The notes under the pieces were generated by a model. The model was not told the origin of the DNA. It made no database searches and saw nothing but the letters and a program-made list of their open reading frames with translations. A program made the translations under genes and the position numbers. DNA of 64,000 bases from a virus (Duplodnaviria > Caudoviricetes). Positions 17,019 through 26,762 of this stretch are shown here, piece by piece (position 1 is the stretch's first letter; each line of letters opens with the position of its first letter). The stretch lies in IMG/VR virus record IMGVR_UViG_3300025018_000091; one strand, given 5' to 3'.

Positions 17019-18509
17019 TTACTTAACCTGTGTTTCAAACTCAATGATATAACGAATACAATGTTGTTGACCAACGCCAGCAGGAGTATAAGTAATGATT
17101 TCATCATTAATGACACCAGACTTACCACCAACTGCAAAAACGCTATGAGCAGGCGCGATGCTCTTCTTGGAGTAGAAGTGCGCACCATTTGCATATTTAT
17201 AATTACCATAAGCAACATCTGCTAGGAATAAGTAGGCAGTCTTATTAGTTCCTTGTGCCCAATAAGATCCCTTAACATCACAATAGTTAATAGACTTAGT
17301 AGATTGAGTTGCCCAATAAATACCATCACCATACATAGAACCAGCATGAACAACGCCAGATGGACGAATCAAAAGTCCCTTGGTTGTAATACCAATCATG
17401 TTTGCTCTACGGGTTCCATGCCAACCTGGTAGGATATTTGCTTTAGCGTATAGGTCTCGTAGAGACTTGGGAACATCGGGGCGTTCTTTAATTAAAGAGG
17501 CGTATGCTTGTGAAGGATCCGACTTCCCACAAGTCTTAGCAATCTGTTCTGCTGCTGCTAACATATTTTTCTCTTCATTATGACGAGAAACTTTGAAAAT
17601 CTTATGCGTCTTTAGTTTACCAAGAAAATGATGATTATGTGCCTTGGTCTTATGTAGCATTGCATCAATCCACTTCCAAGTAGGATTTGAAGGATCAACG
17701 AACTCAATATCAGAATGAAGCGTATCATATTGAGAATCAACATTGCTCTTCTTAGAAATAACCTTTTCAACATCCTTCGCGTTAGAGAATACATCTAAAA
17801 TATCAAAAGCCTTATCAATTTTAAGGTCATCATCAAGTCGCAATACATCAGCATTAATTCGAGTATATCCAAAATTGTGAGGAATATTCGAATAATATAG
17901 ATTAGTAAGCTTATTTAGTTCGGTAACATCAATTTTAGAAGCGTGGATAATCTTTCTGGCTTCTTCAAGGATATCACGTCCTTTGATAATAGAATCGGCA
18001 GACAATTGACCCAATGGACACTTCTTTGTGTCAAGATTCATCTCAACGAACTGAGCGGTAACTCCGAACCAAGTTCTAATCAAATCACCAACTTGGGGAT
18101 GAAGTTTACTGGTTGTTGATTCTTCAGAGACTTTTACACCAATCTTCTTAAGATCCTCAACAGAAACTTGTGAAGTTTCAATTTTGGATTTAGAAACATC
18201 AGATCCAACAGCGGCTTGTACAAGTTTGACTTCTACGTAGCCCTTCTTTAATTTGGACTTAATAATCTTGGCAGCTTCTTGTTCTGCGTCAACTTGACCT
18301 GAACAAATTCGATATTCTTTTGCAGCAGTACCTCCAACGCGCCCATACTGAGTGTATAGGTAAAACTTACCATCTTTAGCTTTTTGAATCTCCAGATTGT
18401 AATACTTGTTATTGTTGTTGATAATGTCTGTAAAATTAAGGGTATATCTCTTTGTAACATCATCAACATCCACAGAAATTGCCCCTGCTTTCAAAACCGG
18501 CTTACCCAT
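17019..18509 (-). CDS. PARP-family ADP-ribosyltransferase (WGR + regulatory + catalytic domains)
   Basis: YYNLEI...YGRVG; LGQLS...LYYSNIPH; WHGTR..N..GI...GL; MYGDGIYWA...KSINYC; NDEIITY (H-Y-E triad). Confidence 0.92.
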   Translation of the reverse strand: MGKPVLKAGAISVDVDDVTKRYTLNFTDIINNNNKYYNLEIQKAKDGKFYLYTQYGRVGGTAAKEYRICSGQVDAEQEAAKIIKSKLKKGYVEVKLVQAAVGSDVSKSKIETSQVSVEDLKKIGVKVSEESTTSKLHPQVGDLIRTWFGVTAQFVEMNLDTKKCPLGQLSADSIIKGRDILEEARKIIHASKIDVTELNKLTNLYYSNIPHNFGYTRINADVLRLDDDLKIDKAFDILDVFSNAKDVEKVISKKSNVDSQYDTLHSDIEFVDPSNPTWKWIDAMLHKTKAHNHHFLGKLKTHKIFKVSRHNEEKNMLAAAEQIAKTCGKSDPSQAYASLIKERPDVPKSLRDLYAKANILPGWHGTRRANMIGITTKGLLIRPSGVVHAGSMYGDGIYWATQSTKSINYCDVKGSYWAQGTNKTAYLFLADVAYGNYKYANGAHFYSKKSIAPAHSVFAVGGKSGVINDEIITYTPAGVGQQHCIRYIIEFETQVK

Positions 18510-18654
18510 TTTATTGTCCTCTTATCTATTCTGACGACTATATTTAGTCTGTTTGATTTTATCGAATGACACTTCTTGCGAAGTTATTGTTAAATACTTA
18601 TAATAAAACTATTTCTCGACAAACTAATTAATTCACATCTACTATGAGGTAACT

Positions 18655-18828
18655 ATGAAAAAGCTTGTAAAACTATTAAAAGATAATCGTGGAGCTAACT
18701 TAGTAGAATATATAATATTAGTTGGAGTAATTGCACTTGTAGCAATTGCTGGATTCAAAATCTTTGGCGAAAAGGTTGATAGTAAAATTCAAGAACAATC
18801 TAATAAAGTTGAGCAGATTGGAAACTAA
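18655..18828 (+). CDS. flp: Flp/Tad (type IVc) pilin, 57 aa, absent from ORF track
   Basis: MKKLVKLLKDNRG-ANLVEYIILVGVIALVAIAGFKIFGEKVDSKIQEQSNKVEQIGN; G cleavage site, E+5 followed by Y; GAGGT RBS. Confidence 0.88.
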   Translation: MKKLVKLLKDNRGANLVEYIILVGVIALVAIAGFKIFGEKVDSKIQEQSNKVEQIGN

Positions 18829-18831
18829 TTA

Positions 18832-19137
18832 TCATTCGCCCGGCTGAGAATATAACTTCATCAGCAGTGCGTCTAATATAAGGCTGAAAATTGCGCCCGC
18901 AAGTGCGTACAAAATAAAAAAATTCCATTGCGGTTTTTCCGCTGACAGCAGATAAACGATCCACCCACAGTGGAATCCTAAACAAAAATAACAATCTAAC
19001 AGTTTGTAGAAGAATGTCCCTACATACTTATTTCTTATTAGTTTATTTCTGATCCATGCCATTATTCCCCATGGACCATCAGATTCCTTTATTAGAAAAG
19101 CTAATCCATATATTGCTAACAAATTAAATAGAATCAT
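18832..19137 (-). CDS. DUF1360-like membrane protein
   Basis: Hydrophobic helices, LLDCYFCLGFHCG. Confidence 0.55.
   Translation of the reverse strand: MILFNLLAIYGLAFLIKESDGPWGIMAWIRNKLIRNKYVGTFFYKLLDCYFCLGFHCGWIVYLLSAEKPQWNFFILYALAGAIFSLILDALLMKLYSQPGE
18875..18902 (-). promoter_or_regulatory. sigma70-like promoter inside the DUF1360-like gene, reading antisense across the pilin toward PARP
   Basis: TTGCGG-N16-TATATT. Confidence 0.45.
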
Positions 19138-19490
19138 GAAAACACCACTAAACTAAAATATCTCTCCATAATATCATCAATATCTTTATTAAATTTAAGT
19201 TCAGTATAATTCATAATTTTATCCATAAAAGAATATGGCATTTTACCTATAATAATTGTATCCTCATAATCATTCTGGATCGTCACACCATTATATTCGA
19301 TATAATCAGAACGCTTTAGCATTCCTTTTTTCTTCTTATAAAAAGTAACACTATTATAACCTCCCCAAAAACACAACACATATTTAGATGTTCTAATAAT
19401 AAAATTACCTACGTAATCTTGAACAATCTCCAAATTGTCCTTATTACAAATTACTGTGTCACTAGGATCGGAATCAAATACGCTACCCAT
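19134..19490 (-). CDS. hypothetical protein (xxLxxF-ending family)
   Basis: Ends RYFSLVVFS; similar to 20240..20569. Confidence 0.55.
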   Translation of the reverse strand: MGSVFDSDPSDTVICNKDNLEIVQDYVGNFIIRTSKYVLCFWGGYNSVTFYKKKKGMLKRSDYIEYNGVTIQNDYEDTIIIGKMPYSFMDKIMNYTELKFNKDIDDIMERYFSLVVFS

Positions 19491-19494
19491 AATA

Positions 19495-19797
19495 TTACCA
19501 TTTATTTGGATCTTTTACATCTAGATTGGAATGATTAAGATGAATATCTTCTAAATTAGATTCTAAACATTGATCATATCCTTCTTGGTCTGCTACGCAT
19601 TCTCTTATGTATTTTTGTTGACATAATTCATCACAAGCATCATCTGTGCTTTCTTGATAATATCGCACATACAGTTCTTGATATCGTTCTTTAACATCAT
19701 AAAAACAATCTCTTTCTTCCTGGGAAAGCTCTTTTAACTCTCTAGAAATTTGGTCTCTAATCTGATAATCAATCATTTCTGCTATTGTATCTGTCAT
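19495..19797 (-). CDS. hypothetical protein
   Basis: Acidic ORF in operon. Confidence 0.55.
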   Translation of the reverse strand: MTDTIAEMIDYQIRDQISRELKELSQEERDCFYDVKERYQELYVRYYQESTDDACDELCQQKYIRECVADQEGYDQCLESNLEDIHLNHSNLDVKDPNKW

Positions 19798-20243
19798 AAA
19801 AATAATCTCAATGGTTCGAATCTGTGCAGTTTCTTTCTAATCTTTTCTATATTATATTCTATAATTATATCTTCTCCAAATATGATATTATCAAAATTCA
19901 AATTACGTATTTCTGGATGTAATTCTAAATCTATTGGAGATTTAATTATATCTATGAAGCTTTCTAATTTCATATCTAAGTAGAAAACCACCCAGCCTTT
20001 TGTTTTTGGCGACTTAAATCTAATAAATCCTCTACGCAGTTCTAAATAATAGTTATCTATTCTTATTAGATAATGATCTGAGTTATAGTTACTATTAAAT
20101 TCATCATAATCTTCTAGATATGTTATACTAAAATTATCTTTATATGATCCACAAAGTAATACTATACAGCCGCCTACATCATGAAAAAATGATTCTAATT
20201 CATCAAATTCTATGAATTTATCATCGTCATCATAATCTATCAT
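19794..20243 (-). CDS. hypothetical protein (xxLxxF-ending family)
   Basis: Ends RFEPLRLFL. Confidence 0.55.
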   Translation of the reverse strand: MIDYDDDDKFIEFDELESFFHDVGGCIVLLCGSYKDNFSITYLEDYDEFNSNYNSDHYLIRIDNYYLELRRGFIRFKSPKTKGWVVFYLDMKLESFIDIIKSPIDLELHPEIRNLNFDNIIFGEDIIIEYNIEKIRKKLHRFEPLRLFL

Positions 20244-20569
20244 AAAAATGCCTTTAGGTTAAAAAACTTATTTAATAAACCATCTATATCTTGTTCACAT
20301 TTTAATTCAGAAAAATTCAATAATGGTTTCATAAAATCTGGAAGATCATATGCATTTAAGAAGATAAGTTTTTTGGTAAGTCTATTATGGATTACAATTG
20401 TGCCAACATTATCACTGTATTCAAAATATAAAGTCACTCCATAATTACTAGTTTCTATTATTATATTTCCAAAATCATCCTTGACAATTTCGATACCTTC
20501 TCCAGAATATACTGGATATCTTTTGAATTGCTCCTCTTCAAATTCTTTTGGTAGTGACCAGTCTCTCAT
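20240..20569 (-). CDS. hypothetical protein (xxLxxF-ending family)
   Basis: Ends KFFNLKAFL. Confidence 0.55.
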   Translation of the reverse strand: MRDWSLPKEFEEEQFKRYPVYSGEGIEIVKDDFGNIIIETSNYGVTLYFEYSDNVGTIVIHNRLTKKLIFLNAYDLPDFMKPLLNFSELKCEQDIDGLLNKFFNLKAFL

Positions 20570-21360
20570 GGTAATATAATTAATTCGTTTTTGTTTACTC
20601 TGAGTTTAGAGCTGATACAATAACTAGCTTCTAAATCTATAATCTCATGACCATCAAACAAATCTCTAACTTCATCGCAATCATCATAAGATAATACCCA
20701 ATTTTTACGTCCATGTAATAATACAGCTAGATCAAAATGATCTCCTGGTGACATCTTCTCAATATATAATGCATTACCCTTCTTATAGTAAGGAGGGTCC
20801 AGATACATTGGCTCATCATTGTATAACTGATCATAAATGACAAAATCTTTATTTGTTACAGTAGTCCTGCCCATTAATAGATCTCTACACTTATCAATCT
20901 TGGAACGCAGCTTCTTACTATTGTACCTACAATCAATTGGATAAGCACTCTTCTGTTCCTTACCGCCTATCGGTCCACTGCTAAGTATCCCTGAAAATGT
21001 AGTACGGTTAAAAAAAATTGCCTTGTAAGCACATCGAACTTCGTCTGTCGTCTGCTCCTCACGCAACTTATAAAAATGTTCCAAGGTCGGCGGTTGGTCA
21101 ATCAGGTTGAGTAGGTCTAAGTAGGGTATTGAATATACGTCAGAAATAACCTTCCAAAAACAATATATCCAATAATCTTTATCATTAGCGTATAACTGTA
21201 TATTTGGATACTTCTGAGCCACCTCTAATAATACTGACCCGCCGCCAACAAACACGTCAGCAAAATTATCTTGCCCAATCATAATTTGATCTATATGACC
21301 CATTAAGATTGGTAGTAGTTTATTTTTTGAACCAGGATATCTAAATGGACTTTGAATCAT
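20566..21360 (-). CDS. dam: DNA adenine methyltransferase (Dam/D12 class)
   Basis: RYPGSK, FVGGGSV, NRTTFSG, YLDPPY. Confidence 0.92.
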   Translation of the reverse strand: MIQSPFRYPGSKNKLLPILMGHIDQIMIGQDNFADVFVGGGSVLLEVAQKYPNIQLYANDKDYWIYCFWKVISDVYSIPYLDLLNLIDQPPTLEHFYKLREEQTTDEVRCAYKAIFFNRTTFSGILSSGPIGGKEQKSAYPIDCRYNSKKLRSKIDKCRDLLMGRTTVTNKDFVIYDQLYNDEPMYLDPPYYKKGNALYIEKMSPGDHFDLAVLLHGRKNWVLSYDDCDEVRDLFDGHEIIDLEASYCISSKLRVNKNELIILP

Positions 21361-21983
21361 CTATGTGCCTTATTCTAGTTAAACCGTCTAATATATTTTG
21401 TTTAGAAGATAATGGTCTTAAATTATCCAAAGACCAACACTTTTTAAAAGTGTCATCATTTACAGATGAATATTGAAGTATTGATTGTGGAATAATGTGG
21501 TCTATCTGCCATGTCCAAGTTAATTGATCATTATCATTCCATTTTGAAGAGATATATGATCCATAATTATTCCAGTTCATCCAAGGTTCAAATTGATTTT
21601 CTAAATGAATCTTAAGTTCAGACATTGTAAATGGTAAAAATTTTAAACATGAATCTGTCTTTTTGCACAAAAACTTATTAAAATAGTATTTTAGATTTCT
21701 AGATATATTTTCTCTTAATTTATATGAAGGATTTTTAATCCTTTTATTATAAAGATAATTTTTACCATATTCTAGAATTAATTTTTTATTGTTATTGTAA
21801 TATTCTTTTTTGTACGTCTTTTGATATGCTTTTAAATCAGGATGTTCATTTCTGTATTTTTTTTTGAGATTTATTCCAACAAACTATACACCTTATTCTT
21901 CGAAATATCTTTCCATTAACTATAGAATGGATAGGGAAATCATCTTCTATTTTTTCTAAACCACAATCTTTACATTTCTTCAT
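21341..21983 (-). pseudogene. HNH endonuclease, apparent frameshift at T9 (21857-21865)
   Basis: MKKCKDCG...CIVC N-terminus joins the ORF-track C-terminus (WQIDHIIPQS...NLRPL) if one A is removed. Confidence 0.75.
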
Positions 21984-22551
21984 TTAATAAACATATATCT
22001 AATAGTTTAATGTCTTCAAAATATACAGCCGACTTACTAGTAAGCTTTGCTAAAATTGGTTTTTTAAAAAGATTCATTTTATGAAGCAATGAAATTGGCA
22101 ATATTTGTTTTATTATTCCATATTTTTGAAACAAATTTACTCCAACAAATGCAACATAATCATTTTCAGAAAATATTTTAAATACATGTTTGTCTTCATT
22201 TTGGAAAATCCAAGATTCTCCGAATTTTGAAGCCTGTAATGATTCTTGTGTTTTAACATGTAAATTGAATTTCTCATCCTTCAAATCAAAATCCCAAGAC
22301 TTTTGCTTAGCTGAATAGATTTTGAAATCAGGATAAGATATGTTTGGGTATTTATCTTTTAGAGAATAGTAAACTGTCAATTCTCCCAATTTACCGATCA
22401 TACTATCTGCAGACCTCTTAATTGCATCAAATTGATTTCTTTGAATATATAATGTTGTGTCTACTGATTCTGAAAATTGTTTACACTTAAACACATCTTC
22501 ATTTGAGAAGATTATTTTATTCATCTGTATGCCTAACTCTAGCGACTCCAT
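21970..22551 (-). CDS. hypothetical protein, possible PD-(D/E)xK nuclease fold
   Basis: GKLGE...WDFDL...LHVKT pattern. Confidence 0.45.
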   Translation of the reverse strand: MESLELGIQMNKIIFSNEDVFKCKQFSESVDTTLYIQRNQFDAIKRSADSMIGKLGELTVYYSLKDKYPNISYPDFKIYSAKQKSWDFDLKDEKFNLHVKTQESLQASKFGESWIFQNEDKHVFKIFSENDYVAFVGVNLFQKYGIIKQILPISLLHKMNLFKKPILAKLTSKSAVYFEDIKLLDICLLNEEM

Positions 22552-23362
22552 CTAATAGATTTTGTTTGGCGCTATATGGTCGCAAGTTTTCTAATGCCCA
22601 ACATTTATTAAATTCTTCATCTTTCATATCAGAATATGAAAAATTAGATTGAGGAATAATATGATCTAAACTCCAAGTCCACGTATTCTGATTATTATCA
22701 TCCCAGACTTTAGAATTATAATTTCCATAATTATCCCACGTCATCCATGATTCAAATTGTTTTTCAAGATGTTCTTTTAATTCTACAATTGAATATTTCA
22801 AATTATCTAAACAACTTTTATAATCTTTTGAAGACCCATTCTTTTTAAATTGTGATCGTATTGCTCGACTAATATTCATTCGTAATCTATAACAAAAATC
22901 AATTTTACGCCTATTTTTACTATAAATACACTGTCTATTCAATATTTTCTCTTTATTCTTTAAATAATATTTTCTTTTACGTTCTGCAATTTTTTCCTTG
23001 TTATCAATATCATATTGTTTTTGATATTCTAATATCAATTCTTTGTTTTCCGGATCGCTACGATATGCTTTTGTATTTGATAATAAAACGCATCTATTTT
23101 CTATATAAAATTTCTTATTATGCTCGCTAATTTTTTCTTTATTATTTGAACGATAATTTTTGTGAATTTCATTCATTTTATCTTTATTACGCTCATAATA
23201 TATTTTATTATACTTCTTCTTTTGTTTAGAGATTTTTTTGCTATTATTATTTTGATAATTTTTTACATCAGAACAAATGCAAATCTTACAAACATTTCTT
23301 CCTTTATAAAATTCATCTAAATTTTTAGAAAGATTACATTTTTTACATTTTTTGGTTGCCAT
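22517..23362 (-). CDS. HNH endonuclease (paralog of 21341 and 59340)
   Basis: CKKC...CKIC, K/N-rich helix, WTWSLDHIIPQS...WALENLRPYSAKQN. Confidence 0.85.
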   Translation of the reverse strand: MATKKCKKCNLSKNLDEFYKGRNVCKICICSDVKNYQNNNSKKISKQKKKYNKIYYERNKDKMNEIHKNYRSNNKEKISEHNKKFYIENRCVLLSNTKAYRSDPENKELILEYQKQYDIDNKEKIAERKRKYYLKNKEKILNRQCIYSKNRRKIDFCYRLRMNISRAIRSQFKKNGSSKDYKSCLDNLKYSIVELKEHLEKQFESWMTWDNYGNYNSKVWDDNNQNTWTWSLDHIIPQSNFSYSDMKDEEFNKCWALENLRPYSAKQNLLDGVARVRHTDE

Positions 23363-23475
23363 ATTATAATGGCAAATTATTGCCTATTTTTGAATTTACT
23401 TTTCATACTAAACATCGCCTGTCACACTTACTATAACCGCCACAACGGGTGTTTTAATAAAGAATATGCGCCAAA

Positions 23476-23874
23476 TTAAGTATCTTCGTGCATATTCATA
23501 GATAATGAGAATCCATAGACCCTATCCCAATGAGATTTCTCCCATCGCATAAGACCTACATTTGGATTTTTAACCGATACACCAAACCAAGCATCATTAT
23601 TCTCAGTTCTAATAAAGATTGAATAAATATTAGGACCATAATAGTTAGCATACTCAGGCTTAGCGCGTAATAATAGAATTCGAACAATCGCAGCAGGATC
23701 GTCGAAAATTAATGGGGCATTGTTGATCTGACAAAACTTCTCGATAGGAATCTTCTCAGTAATTTCATCTTCTTCCTCAACAAATACAATTTCTTCATCT
23801 TGTATTATTCCTTCGGTTTTATCAGAAGTTCTTTCGCTTTCTATTTTAGAATAACGCATGTGAACCTCCAACAA
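23476..23874 (-). CDS. hypothetical protein
   Basis: ORF with GGAGG near start. Confidence 0.55.
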   Translation of the reverse strand: MLEVHMRYSKIESERTSDKTEGIIQDEEIVFVEEEDEITEKIPIEKFCQINNAPLIFDDPAAIVRILLLRAKPEYANYYGPNIYSIFIRTENNDAWFGVSVKNPNVGLMRWEKSHWDRVYGFSLSMNMHEDT

Positions 23875-23939
23875 GATACAAAAAATTGCCTACATTTTAA
23901 GGGTTATTTGTGACTATTGTTTGCTACGCGTCCGACACA

Positions 23940-25838
23940 TTATTGAACCTTATCTAAGAACTCATCCTCAGAAATAAGCACTGTCCCCATTTTTCTTGCT
24001 GCAACTGCCTTAGAACTTGTACTATTAGGATCTGCAATAACAAGATAGGTTAATCCTTTACCAACAGATGATTTGATTTCGGCACCAGCATCTGCCGCCA
24101 TCTTCTCAAGAACAGGACGCTTATTCTTCATAGCACCAGTAAAACAAACGGATGAGCCGCTCATCTTACCAATAACCTTCGCTTTCAACTTAACTCCATT
24201 ATCAAGTAAGTCAAGGATTACTTTTTGATTTTGAACCAAGCCATTAGCTAGAGACGTGGCTTTGCTCGGACCAACACCAGGAACCATCTCAAACTCAGTA
24301 GCTCCAAGCTGCCCAAATTTTTCCAGTGTATCACAGCCAGCGTTCATAATCTGACGAATAGTTGTCGATCCAATCATAGGAATGCTAAGCCCTCCGATGA
24401 AAACGTCCAAACTAACTTCGCTATTCTTCCAAAGACTTTCAAAACAATTTTTCGCAGATTTCTTTCCCATTCTGTCAATAGAAGCAAGATCATCAACAGA
24501 TAAAGTATATAAATCAGCAACAGTTGAAATTTTGCCAGCTTCAACTAATTTTTCAATTAAAGTATCTCCCCACTCTAAAATGTTGAGATCACTAACCCAA
24601 TTCTTAATTCTGCCAACAACTTGTGCCGGACATTTCTCTGTATTGGTGCAGTTAAGATTCTCTCCAACCATAACCAATGTTCCACCACAAGACGGACAAC
24701 TTACTGGAGGTTCGGCAACCTTACCTGTTCCCTTAACTAACTCTTCAATTCTCGGAATAACATCGTTAGCTCTTGCAACAAGTACAGTCGCCCCAATATC
24801 TAGCCCTAAATCTTCAATATAAGACATATTATAGATACTTGCTCGTGTAACTGTAGCTCCAACAAGTGAAACTGGATCAACTACTGCCACCGGGGTTAGA
24901 CGACCACTATTACCAACTTGCCAGATAATATCTCGAATAACAGACTCACGAGTCTCATTATCAAACTTAAATGCAATAGCGCCCAACGGTCGCATGTCCT
25001 TGTCACCCAAAGACATTTGTTTAGCCATGTCATTGATATGAATTACTAATCCATCAATGTCATAGTCAAGTTTGTCACGATCAACATCTTGATAATTTCT
25101 CCAGTGCAAGTTGACCTCAGAGGCATTATTAAACACCCAGTAGTCAGGAATGATGAGTCCAAGAGACTTAAGCCACTCGAACTGTTCAACCTCTGTATTG
25201 AAGTCAACATCACCTAAAGCCTGGTAAAACATGATAGAAAGATGTTCGGAACCAACGCCATCCAATCTTTTAGAGACTCCCGATGCGGCATTACGAGGAT
25301 TGGCTTTATCAGAAAAATGTTTCTTATGCTTAGACTTCAGCATAATAATCTCGCCACGAATCGAACCATTAAAGGCTTTTGATAGCTGAGACTTAACTCC
25401 ATCCATCTTTCTGACATTGACTGTGATATCTTCGCCAATATCACCATCTCCGCGAGTAATGGCTTGAATCAATACACCATCTTCATAGATCAACTCAATG
25501 GATATCCCGTCCAATTTTTGTGTAACAAACAGAACTTCTGATAAAGCATTATCATCTGTCCACTTAGAAAACTCTGTTGGAGTATTAATCTTGTTCAAAG
25601 ATCCCATCGGAATCTGATGCTTAGCTTTTGTCCAAGCTGAATTTACTGGAGCACCAACCGCTGTTAAAGCTTTATTTGTGGGATCCAATAGGCGCAACTC
25701 ATCACACCAAGCATCATAAACTTTATCTGATACTTTAACTTGACCGTTGTAATAATCAAGGCGCGCCTGATTGATCTGAACTACTAAATCATCAATACGA
25801 TTCATTACCTTCATCTTTCTGTAATAGTTATACACCAC
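23940..25838 (-). CDS. ligA: NAD-dependent DNA ligase
   Basis: KLDG motif I, TRGDG, IRGE, NPRNAASG, DIDGLV, AFKF, Zn finger, HhH, BRCT. Confidence 0.96.
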   Translation of the reverse strand: MVYNYYRKMKVMNRIDDLVVQINQARLDYYNGQVKVSDKVYDAWCDELRLLDPTNKALTAVGAPVNSAWTKAKHQIPMGSLNKINTPTEFSKWTDDNALSEVLFVTQKLDGISIELIYEDGVLIQAITRGDGDIGEDITVNVRKMDGVKSQLSKAFNGSIRGEIIMLKSKHKKHFSDKANPRNAASGVSKRLDGVGSEHLSIMFYQALGDVDFNTEVEQFEWLKSLGLIIPDYWVFNNASEVNLHWRNYQDVDRDKLDYDIDGLVIHINDMAKQMSLGDKDMRPLGAIAFKFDNETRESVIRDIIWQVGNSGRLTPVAVVDPVSLVGATVTRASIYNMSYIEDLGLDIGATVLVARANDVIPRIEELVKGTGKVAEPPVSCPSCGGTLVMVGENLNCTNTEKCPAQVVGRIKNWVSDLNILEWGDTLIEKLVEAGKISTVADLYTLSVDDLASIDRMGKKSAKNCFESLWKNSEVSLDVFIGGLSIPMIGSTTIRQIMNAGCDTLEKFGQLGATEFEMVPGVGPSKATSLANGLVQNQKVILDLLDNGVKLKAKVIGKMSGSSVCFTGAMKNKRPVLEKMAADAGAEIKSSVGKGLTYLVIADPNSTSSKAVAARKMGTVLISEDEFLDKVQ

Positions 25839-25848
25839 ACCTAACTAC

Positions 25849-25876
25849 AATATAAGGCGCGGAAATAGCGTGTCAA
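25849..25876 (-). promoter_or_regulatory. sigma70-like early promoter
   Basis: TTGACA-N16-TATATT upstream of the ligase. Confidence 0.7.
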
Positions 25877-25895
25877 GTAGCACGAATTTTTTAAA

Positions 25896-26192
25896 TTAAG
25901 CTTTTGTTAGGGCTTGAAGAAACTCAAAAGTTCTTTTAGCTGAACCTTCATCATACTGCCATTTGATCTTAGTAAGTTTTTTGCATTCATCTTTGAAATG
26001 AATTCTAAATGCTGGATTAAAAAGCATGTTATCGCTTTTTGCAACCTTAATAGATTTTCCGCAATGAATACAAACACACTCATATTTGGCAGTATCATAC
26101 TTACTTAATTGTAATCTAGATATTGCAAACAAATGACCATTATATTCATTCTTTTGAATTTCATTTGTTTCATTTGTTCTATATGGATTCAT
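25896..26192 (-). CDS. hypothetical protein (NPYR N-terminus)
   Basis: ORF in operon. Confidence 0.5.
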   Translation of the reverse strand: MNPYRTNETNEIQKNEYNGHLFAISRLQLSKYDTAKYECVCIHCGKSIKVAKSDNMLFNPAFRIHFKDECKKLTKIKWQYDEGSAKRTFEFLQALTKA

Positions 26193-26193
26193 A

Positions 26194-26751
26194 TCAAGAC
26201 TTCTTTGGTTTTCTCTGTTTTACTAAATAAAATGGCGGCGATACAGCAGTGCTAAACTCGCTAGCCGCCTCTAACGCCATAACAATTCTTTTTTCTGCAC
26301 TTTTGCCGACAGTAGAGAACAAAGATCCTAATGCAAGGTCTGTTCCACATCCAATTGCATAATAAGGAGTAGATGGAAGTCCAACTTGGAAATCTGAATC
26401 TACTACATATAAAATACCCTTGTATCCTACTAAAAATACACCACCATCAGCATCATCTTCTTTATCAAATGCAAACCCATTCATATTAAAACATGTTCTT
26501 ACATTATCAATAAATGATGTTGTCATGTATTCTAAGTCATCTTCTACTTCTTGTAGAGGTGGAACGAATTTATAATGAAGTAATTGCCCCATACGAAAAG
26601 AGTTTGTAAAACCCATAATAAAAGGACCGTTCTGAAAAACTTTCTTATCTTCTCTGACGCAGATAGAAGTGCCTGCTGATGCCGCACTATCTCCACCAAT
26701 ATAAACAGTTCCTTTATCAACCAACCCAACAATACAGGTTAAATTTTTCAT
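26194..26751 (-). CDS. HslV/proteasome beta-like Ntn hydrolase
   Basis: TCIVG...YIGGDSA, KVF, YAIGCG...ALGSL, ALEAASEF. Confidence 0.75.
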   Translation of the reverse strand: MKNLTCIVGLVDKGTVYIGGDSAASAGTSICVREDKKVFQNGPFIMGFTNSFRMGQLLHYKFVPPLQEVEDDLEYMTTSFIDNVRTCFNMNGFAFDKEDDADGGVFLVGYKGILYVVDSDFQVGLPSTPYYAIGCGTDLALGSLFSTVGKSAEKRIVMALEAASEFSTAVSPPFYLVKQRKPKKS

Positions 26752-26762
26752 GCTACACCTAA

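Noticed and set aside
16896-17794. Plus-strand ORFs overlapping PARP, and similar antisense ORFs over ligase, helicase, ARH and radical SAM genes
   Set aside because: Antisense shadows of well-supported minus-strand genes, with no RBS or motifs.
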